From: a virus
Taxonomy: Duplodnaviria > Heunggongvirae > Uroviricota > Caudoviricetes
Length of the DNA stretch: 64,000 bases
Reading direction: 5' to 3' (one strand)
Virus record (IMG/VR): IMGVR_UViG_3300035670_000139
Both the position numbers and the translations under genes were made by a program. The notes beneath the pieces are model-generated. The model did not search any database. It worked only from the letters and a program-made list of their open reading frames with translations, and was not told where the DNA came from. Positions 58,341-64,000 of the stretch are shown piece by piece. Every line of letters begins with the position of its first letter. Position 1 is the first letter of the stretch.

Positions 58341-59171
58341 TTAAACATTCTTACCACAAGCAAACATCACGATATATCTTAAATTTTCTTCTAAACACTT
58401 CATATTGATAGTTGTTTGTTTTACCAAAGACTCCATTGTGTTTAAGTTAAACTCTTTGTAAAGTGTCTTGTAAAGCTTTAAAAACACGGCATAATCCATT
58501 TCTTTTACCCAGCCACACTTCCATTCAATCACATCACCTTTACGCTCCGCCACCCTCTCTTTAAACTCCTCCAGTTTGTGATAAGTAGAATTTGCATAGA
58601 TTGACTTTAGCATATTGTATTTTGTTTCGTTGTTAGTTATTTTTTTCTTATCTGTTTTTGCAAATAATATTTTACTAATTTCTTTTATATCTGTAATTTC
58701 ATTGCATTCTTGTGTAATAAAATTTTCTAAACTTGCATCGGTTAAAATATGCAAATTATCAAAATCAATTAAATCGTATTTATCAAATTTTGTTTTATGT
58801 AAGCAATCAAATTTATACATCGGGTCTTTTGCTAAATTTAATATAATACTATCAAAATTTTTAACAATATCATCAATACTAGGAAAGTCTTTTTTACTTA
58901 CAATTTTATTATATACAATTATTTCTATGCGTTGTTTAGCTACATATTTAATCAAATATTTTCTTAACTCCTCTGGTGAGTATTTACAAACAAGTTTTGC
59001 CTTGTTATTACACACATCAACAAATTTGTCTATAAATGCCTCTAGGGCGTCTAAGTTTTCTAAATCTATATCATTGCTCTGCATTGATGCTTGTTGTTGA
59101 ATGTGAGCCTTCTTTTCGGCTAAGCTAACATTTTTTTTGTAGACTTGTATTTGTGTCATATTAAAAATCAA
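58341..59171 (-). CDS. Hypothetical protein (downstream of the replication-initiator-like gene)
   Basis: 276-aa ORF. Confidence 0.45.
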   Translation of the reverse strand: MIFNMTQIQVYKKNVSLAEKKAHIQQQASMQSNDIDLENLDALEAFIDKFVDVCNNKAKLVCKYSPEELRKYLIKYVAKQRIEIIVYNKIVSKKDFPSIDDIVKNFDSIILNLAKDPMYKFDCLHKTKFDKYDLIDFDNLHILTDASLENFITQECNEITDIKEISKILFAKTDKKKITNNETKYNMLKSIYANSTYHKLEEFKERVAERKGDVIEWKCGWVKEMDYAVFLKLYKTLYKEFNLNTMESLVKQTTINMKCLEENLRYIVMFACGKNV

Positions 59172-59175
59172 AAAA

Positions 59176-60048
59176 TTAAAAATCCCAACGAGGATCTACC
59201 TCTGTATCATTTTGACGAAGCTCTTGTATCCGTTTTTCACGCAAAGCATCTTGTCGCTTATCTTCCATTGCTTTATACTTAGGTTTTTGCATTTCTTGTG
59301 TTTTTAATCCATTCCAGCTATCAAATGATTGAAAGTTATTTAACCAAGTTGTGAAATCTCCACGAACATGTCTTCCTTCACCATCCCAAGTGAGTTTAGT
59401 AATTTCAATATATTCAAAATAAACTTTACAAGATTGTTGTATCTGCTCTGCATCATAGTCTTTTAGAACTTTGTTCCAAGACTGATATGCTTTTGTCATT
59501 TCTTGAGTTTCTTTATGCTCTGTTGGGAATTGCTTCAAAGCTCCGATTTGCATTTTATAAAAATAAAAGGTATCAAGAAACTCTTTGTCGGCAAGAGGAC
59601 TTTTTTTGTTTATTTTTTTAATAATCTCAGTATTGTTATTCTTAATATTATTATTATCAGTATTACTTATATATAGACTGCTATTTTCCATATATGGATT
59701 TTCCCTATGTGGTTTTTCATCGTGTGGTTTTTCCGTAGCAGGATATTCTATTTGCGGTTCATCGTATATTATGTATTCCGTTCCAATAAATTTACCATCT
59801 TCTCCCCTGATTTTTACCTTTGTTAAAAATCCACTTTCTAATAACTCTTTAATTGCACTATCAAAAGCATCTATACCTTCTTTTAACTCGTTTAAAATGA
59901 CTGCTTTTTTAAAAATCCAATTGTCTGGCTTAGATAGTAAATAAGTGCATAAACCTTTAGCTTTTAAAGATAAGTCTTTACATTCTAAAATTGCATTTGG
60001 AATTTGAGTAAAACAATTTTTAAACCTTCTTTTAATTGTTTGTTGCAT
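59176..60048 (-). CDS. Replication initiator / replisome-organiser-like protein (N-terminal winged-helix)
   Basis: N-terminal FTQIPNAILECKDLSLKAKGLCTYLLSKPDNWIF resembles phage replication-initiator N-terminal HTH domains. The central region has short direct repeats (PHDEKPHRENP; DNA TGTGGTTTTTC x2). Confidence 0.35.
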   Translation of the reverse strand: MQQTIKRRFKNCFTQIPNAILECKDLSLKAKGLCTYLLSKPDNWIFKKAVILNELKEGIDAFDSAIKELLESGFLTKVKIRGEDGKFIGTEYIIYDEPQIEYPATEKPHDEKPHRENPYMENSSLYISNTDNNNIKNNNTEIIKKINKKSPLADKEFLDTFYFYKMQIGALKQFPTEHKETQEMTKAYQSWNKVLKDYDAEQIQQSCKVYFEYIEITKLTWDGEGRHVRGDFTTWLNNFQSFDSWNGLKTQEMQKPKYKAMEDKRQDALREKRIQELRQNDTEVDPRWDF

Positions 60049-60517
60049 AGATTTTGTGATTAATCTCGGATAATTGGTGCCCCCTCTTTTTTAGGTAATA
60101 TTACGCCAATAATTTTACTATGTTGCAAGTTTGAATTGCAAGAAAAAAGAGAGGACATAAAAACATAAGCAAATTTATTGGCAATTAAAGTTTGCTAACT
60201 TCTTTTACAGATGTCAAGAGTTTTTTAAACTAAAAAATACTTCACAACCATTTTGTTGACATGCCCAAAATGGTCTAACTTACAATTTTGCCCGCATGGG
60301 AAAAATAGCGACCAGCATTCAATTTGAGTCCGTGACATTTTGTCACGACCTGATTTTAAGTATTGTAGTTTGTCTAATTTACCATTTTACTGATGTCGGT
60401 AAAATGGTCGGAAGCCCTAGTTCACTAAGCTTGAGTTGTTTCCAAAATGGAAATAACTGAAATTCACCAAAAGGGAGGTGACAATTTGTCCCCATCCTTC
60501 TGCAAAATTTAAAATTT

Positions 60518-60547
60518 TTTAAAGGTAGCGAATTCGCTACCTTTAAA
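60518..60547. repeat. 30-bp perfect palindrome TTTAAAGGTAGCGAATTCGCTACCTTTAAA
   Basis: Exact reverse-complement symmetry centred on GAATTC. It lies in the GC-enriched noncoding tract 60050-60600. Confidence 0.9.
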
Positions 60548-60594
60548 CATTTAGTAATTACAAATTTAAACAAAGATATTGTTATTATTAAAAC

Positions 60595-61155
60595 TTACTT
60601 CGCAAATATAAGATATATTTTTGAATAATAATTTTTAATGCTTTTTTTAATTTTTAATAATTTCTTAGATAACGGTTCTTTGTAATAATTTTTAACAAAA
60701 TGCCAAATCAACGGATATGTTTCTTTTACAAATTTACCACAAATTTTAATATCAATATCTTCTAAGGTTTTAATGTTATCAGTATTTGAAATTTTTAAGT
60801 GTTCTTTTGCAAAAGTTGTGATACATCCATCATATATCTTTTTTACAAACAGAGATTCTATTGTCTTTAATCTTGTATCTTGTAATGTTTTAAATAAATA
60901 TACCATAACAGTTTTGTCAATTAAATTTGCTTTTGATAAAAAGCCTATTTCGTCAATTCTTTGCCAAAATTTATATATTTCTTTGTTTAATTCATAAAGA
61001 TTATCGGCTTTAGTTTTTTCATCCAGTTCTTTAAGTTCACTAATTTTACAAAGAGGTATAATATTAGCTAAAATGTTCTCAATATCGTGTTTAATTTTAA
61101 TGGACTCCTTTACAATCAAGTCTTTTCTTGAAAATGGTGTAGATGTTTGATACAT
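60595..61155 (-). CDS. Hypothetical protein downstream of the Panacea-domain gene (candidate toxin partner)
   Basis: 186-aa ORF, 35 nt downstream of the DUF4065 gene on the same strand. Confidence 0.4.
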   Translation of the reverse strand: MYQTSTPFSRKDLIVKESIKIKHDIENILANIIPLCKISELKELDEKTKADNLYELNKEIYKFWQRIDEIGFLSKANLIDKTVMVYLFKTLQDTRLKTIESLFVKKIYDGCITTFAKEHLKISNTDNIKTLEDIDIKICGKFVKETYPLIWHFVKNYYKEPLSKKLLKIKKSIKNYYSKIYLIFAK

Positions 61156-61190
61156 ATTTAGATTGATTAATTTTGAAATTAATTAAAATC

Positions 61191-61862
61191 TTACAAATGA
61201 TTTGTTGTTTTGTCAAGATTTAATTGCAACTCAAGATATTTAGTAATGTATTTTTTACGGATTTCTTCTGCTTTTGCGTAAATCTTGTCTATATCAAGAC
61301 CAAACAAATCTTCTTTTTTCAACTTATCAAAATAGCCTTTTATTAAAAAACTTTCAATTTTACATCCAAAAGTATTGTATTTATCGCAGACAAATTTCCA
61401 AGGTGAGCCATCTTGATGCGACCAATTACTTAATTCTAAAGCTTTTTTCTTTGGAATGTTGCTGGCAATAAACTCTTGCAAGATGTACTTCATTATCTCC
61501 TCATCTCTTTGCCTGGATATACTCTTGCCTTCTTTTACTTCGTAAAATGGTTTGTAGTTCACGCTAAAAGCTTCGGTAGTTAATTGAGAATAGTTTTGGT
61601 AAATATTTTTAAAAACAGGTCCATATGGCCAAGCTTCAGGTAGTTCGTCAAACAGAGATAGAACAACTTTTCCTTCATTGTTTAACACCGATGTTTTTGG
61701 TATCATGTCAACCTTTAAAGCAACTCCCATTACTATATACATTATTTTTTGCAATTTTGTGTTGCTAAGCTCAACATTTTTACCTTTTGGTGTATTTTCA
61801 TTACCAATATTGTATATATCCATCAAAAAAATTAGGTCTTTTGCTACATCTACGGCTTTCAT
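61191..61862 (-). CDS. Panacea-domain (DUF4065, SocA/PanA-like) antitoxin-type protein
   Basis: TKLQKIMYIVMGVALK...LFDELPEAWPYGPVFKNIYQNY matches the DUF4065 signature (KLQKLLYy..g.....lf.e.feAW.yGPVvp.vY). Confidence 0.55.
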   Translation of the reverse strand: MKAVDVAKDLIFLMDIYNIGNENTPKGKNVELSNTKLQKIMYIVMGVALKVDMIPKTSVLNNEGKVVLSLFDELPEAWPYGPVFKNIYQNYSQLTTEAFSVNYKPFYEVKEGKSISRQRDEEIMKYILQEFIASNIPKKKALELSNWSHQDGSPWKFVCDKYNTFGCKIESFLIKGYFDKLKKEDLFGLDIDKIYAKAEEIRKKYITKYLELQLNLDKTTNHL

Positions 61863-61991
61863 AGTATTTTACTAAGATTTACTTGTATTTTTCTCCGTTA
61901 CATTCCCAGTCCTAAACCCAAACGGCGGATGTGCCTGACCTGCAAAGGTAAAAAACTGTCTATAAATAACCATAAAAAACTATAAAAAAAC

Positions 61992-62020
61992 TTGACATTT
62001 ATAATTTTTCCATATACAAT
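61992..62020 (+). promoter_or_regulatory. Sigma70-like promoter: TTGACA, 17-nt spacer, TACAAT
   Basis: aaacTTGACAtttataatttttccataTACAAT, 30 nt upstream of the IS607-type tnpA. Confidence 0.5.
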
Positions 62021-62050
62021 TTATTTATTAAGATTTGATTATTTAAAAAT

Positions 62051-62644
62051 ATGGAATTAGTAACAATATCAAAAGCAAAAAAACTACTTGGAGTAACACC
62101 TCAAACAATGCGTAATTGGGATAAAAATGGCAAGATAAAGCCAGTTAAAAGAGCTAAAAATGGTTTTCGCTATTATAATCTATTAGATATACAAAATTTA
62201 GTAAAGCCAAAAAATAAAATGATTATAGGCTATTGTCGTGTATCTTCTAAAAAACAAGAAGATGATTTATGCAGACAAATTGAAAATGTAAAAACATTTA
62301 TGATAGCTAAAGGATATAGTTTTGAAATAATACAGGATATAGGCTCTGGAATTAACTATACTAAAAATGGCTTAAATGAATTAATCACTAAAGTTATTAA
62401 TGGTAATGTTGAGAAAGTTGTTATATTATATAAAGACAGATTGCTGCGTTTTGGATTTGAATTATTAGAAAGCATATTTCAAAAATATAATTGTAAAATT
62501 GAAATTATTGATAATACAGAAAAAACAGAGGAACAAGAATTAGTTGAGGATTTAATACAAATTGTGACAGTTTTTTCTTGTAAATTACAAGGCAAAAGAA
62601 GCAAAAAAACAAAAGCATTAATTAACGAGTTAAAAAATGATTAA
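62051..62644 (+). CDS. tnpA: IS607-type serine recombinase transposase (MerR-like HTH plus resolvase catalytic domain)
   Basis: N-terminal MerR-type HTH (AKKLLGVTPQTMRNWDKNGKIKP..NGFRYY), then catalytic IIGYCRVSSKKQEDDL (Y-x-R-V-S-x-x-x-Q). 197 aa. Confidence 0.8.
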   Translation: MELVTISKAKKLLGVTPQTMRNWDKNGKIKPVKRAKNGFRYYNLLDIQNLVKPKNKMIIGYCRVSSKKQEDDLCRQIENVKTFMIAKGYSFEIIQDIGSGINYTKNGLNELITKVINGNVEKVVILYKDRLLRFGFELLESIFQKYNCKIEIIDNTEKTEEQELVEDLIQIVTVFSCKLQGKRSKKTKALINELKND

Positions 62645-63869
62645 ATCCTTCAAAGTTCGTCTTGAACCAAACAATAAACAAAAATCTTTGTTGTTTGCAA
62701 ATGCAAGTGTTGCAAGATTTGCATACAATTGGACTTTAGAACAACAGCAACTCAATTACAAGAATGGTGGTAAGTTTATTAGTCATTTTGATTTACGCAA
62801 AAAATTAACCCAATTAAAACAAAAAGAACTAAGCTGGCTATACAACTATGATGTTGATATTGTAAAACAAGCAGTAAAAGATGCTTGCGATAGTTATATT
62901 AAATTCTTTAATAAAGGCTTTGGATTTCCAAGATTTAAAAGTAAAAGATTTTCAAAACCTAGTTTTTTTGTTGATAATTATAAAATCAAAATCTTTGAAA
63001 ATAGCATTAAAATTCCAAAACTTAAGTCAAACATAAAATTAAGTGAAAATGGATATATCCCATTGAATGTAAAATATTCTAACCCAAGAATTACTTTTGA
63101 TGGAGTAAATTGGTTTTTATCTGTTGGAGTTGATATTGAAAATGAAATACAAGAACTCACAAATGAAACACTTGGAATTGATGTAGGTTTAAAAGATGCT
63201 TTAATTAGAAGTGATGGAATTATACATAAAAATATCAATAAAACTAAAAAAATTAAAACATTAAGAAAAAAACATAATAAACTTAAAAAATCAATTAGTA
63301 GAAAATATGAAAGAAACAAAATTGGTAAAAAATTTATCAAAACTCAAAATATTAAAAAAGCTGAGTTAAAATCAAATAAACTTTACAAAAAGTTAAACGA
63401 TATACAAACTGACTATTTCAACAAAGTAGCCATTTCAATTGCGAGAACCAAGCCAAAAAAGATTGTTATGGAAAAGTTGAATATTGATGGGATGCGAAAG
63501 AATAAATGTCTTTCAAAAGCCTTTCAAGAAGCTAGTTTGCATAAATTCAAAACTAAAATTCAAAATAAATGTTTGGAGTTTGGGATTGAATTTATTGAGG
63601 CTGGAACATTTTTTCCATCCTCAAAAAGATGTAGTCATTGTGGAGCAATTAAAAAAGACTTGAAATTAAAAGATAGAGTTTTTAAATGCGATACATGCGA
63701 CTTTCAAATAGACAGGGACGAAAACGCAAGTCAAAATCTCAAACAATACCCTGAGTTACAGGGGAATTTAAGCCTTTGGAGTGCTAAATCAAAAGAAAGT
63801 AGTCGCAAGACAAAATCTGGCACCGAGAAGAAGGAAAAAAGCAAAAAACTTAATAGAGTAGCAATATGA
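62637..63869 (+). CDS. tnpB: TnpB (OMEGA RNA-guided nuclease)
   Basis: RuvC-I GIDVGLKDALIRSDG, zinc finger CSHCGAIKK...CDTCDFQ, and RuvC-III DRDENASQNL. 410 aa. Start overlaps tnpA by 8 nt. Confidence 0.85.
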   Translation: MIKSFKVRLEPNNKQKSLLFANASVARFAYNWTLEQQQLNYKNGGKFISHFDLRKKLTQLKQKELSWLYNYDVDIVKQAVKDACDSYIKFFNKGFGFPRFKSKRFSKPSFFVDNYKIKIFENSIKIPKLKSNIKLSENGYIPLNVKYSNPRITFDGVNWFLSVGVDIENEIQELTNETLGIDVGLKDALIRSDGIIHKNINKTKKIKTLRKKHNKLKKSISRKYERNKIGKKFIKTQNIKKAELKSNKLYKKLNDIQTDYFNKVAISIARTKPKKIVMEKLNIDGMRKNKCLSKAFQEASLHKFKTKIQNKCLEFGIEFIEAGTFFPSSKRCSHCGAIKKDLKLKDRVFKCDTCDFQIDRDENASQNLKQYPELQGNLSLWSAKSKESSRKTKSGTEKKEKSKKLNRVAI

Positions 63870-64000
63870 TGTTAGGTTTTTGTAAGTCTTTTATAACGGT
63901 ATACGGATTGCTTGATGTGTAAATCACCTCATGGTTTGTAACGCTTGGCTTTGGCAATATGTATGAATCTATTGAATGTTTTTTCTCTTGTGTTGCAATT

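Larger units (their letters stand above)
62030..63960 (+). mobile_element. IS607-family element (serine-recombinase tnpA plus tnpB); right boundary uncertain near the window end
   Basis: A MerR-HTH/serine-recombinase TnpA is followed by an overlapping TnpB, the hallmark IS607 gene pair. The ends are not determined. Confidence 0.6.

Noticed and set aside
60379-60573. 64-aa ORF inside the GC-enriched noncoding tract
   Set aside because: It lies over a series of strong inverted repeats and has no start context or homology. The region is more plausibly structured RNA or origin DNA than coding.
61880-61960. GC-rich segment (CCCAGTCCTAAACCCAAACGGCGGATGTGCCTGACCTGCAAAGG) upstream of the Panacea gene and IS607, considered as an IS607 left end or small RNA
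   Set aside because: No convincing inverted-repeat partner was found at the other side of the element (the window ends at 64000), and no clear hairpin was found. Left as unexplained composition shift.
848-62978. Many 60-125-aa ORFs in the six-frame track lying antisense inside larger genes (for example 848-1051, 2997-3230, 5472-5663, 12019-12267, 15055-15429, 26468-26692, 34956-35171, 39220-39489, 45923-46180, 50954-51148, 58615-59100, 59585-59944, 62978-63340)
   Set aside because: Each is fully embedded in, and opposite to, a longer ORF with recognisable function or strong coding character. Most are hydrophobic or low-complexity read-through of AT-rich DNA. Treated as non-coding.
1-64000. 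CRISPR arrays, rRNA genes, integrase/attachment site
   Set aside because: No regularly spaced direct repeats with unique spacers were seen. No rRNA-like GC-rich blocks were seen. The only recombinases present are the IS-associated HuH and serine TnpA proteins, so lysogeny genes cannot be asserted from this window.

Overview
This window is AT-rich (roughly 27-30% GC by eye), densely coded, and reads as part of a large tailed-phage or prophage genome with a contractile (myovirus-type) tail. Overall layout, then key points:

- **1-11.7 kb, head module (+ strand):** 5'-truncated large terminase (frame open to the window edge), an SNase-like secreted nuclease, a VRR-NUC nuclease, an HK97-type prohead protease fused to a scaffold-like domain, an MCP candidate with an N-terminal coiled-coil domain, and several unknown virion ORFs.
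- **11.7-30.4 kb, tail module in Mu/P2-like order:** sheath, tube, two chaperone-like ORFs, tape measure, baseplate-like ORFs, a tail-collar-domain fibre and a 1449-aa repeat-rich long fibre.
- **30.4-64 kb, auxiliary and early region:**
  - Nucleotide metabolism and DNA modification: ThyX, a Pol-beta-type nucleotidyltransferase, tRNA-Asn(GTT), two adjacent beta-class DNA methyltransferases, a ribonucleotide reductase catalytic subunit and dUTPase.
  - Mobile elements: an IS200/IS605 element (HuH TnpA plus TnpB) inserted exactly at the RNR stop codon, and an IS607-like element (MerR/serine-recombinase TnpA plus TnpB) at the window end.
  - NAD+ salvage: NadV, a TyrA-like dehydrogenase and NMNAT-Nudix NatV in one minus-strand operon.
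  - Lysis and replication: an SPFH-domain protein, a lysis cassette (membrane proteins plus GH24 endolysin), a replication-initiator-like protein and a Panacea-domain (DUF4065) antitoxin-like gene with a downstream partner.

- **Regulatory signals:** many intergenic regions carry strong sigma70-like promoters (cTTGACA-N16/17-TAnAAT), yet almost no gene has a Shine-Dalgarno motif; starts are preceded by AAUAAU-type A/U-rich context. No CRISPR array or rRNA was seen.
- **Most novel-looking region:** the same operon that ends in nadV/natV begins with a tandemly duplicated, recombining cassette of unknown paralogous genes (A1/B1, A2/B2) that share a conserved domain. A third copy of that domain is fused to a membrane protein beside the endolysin.
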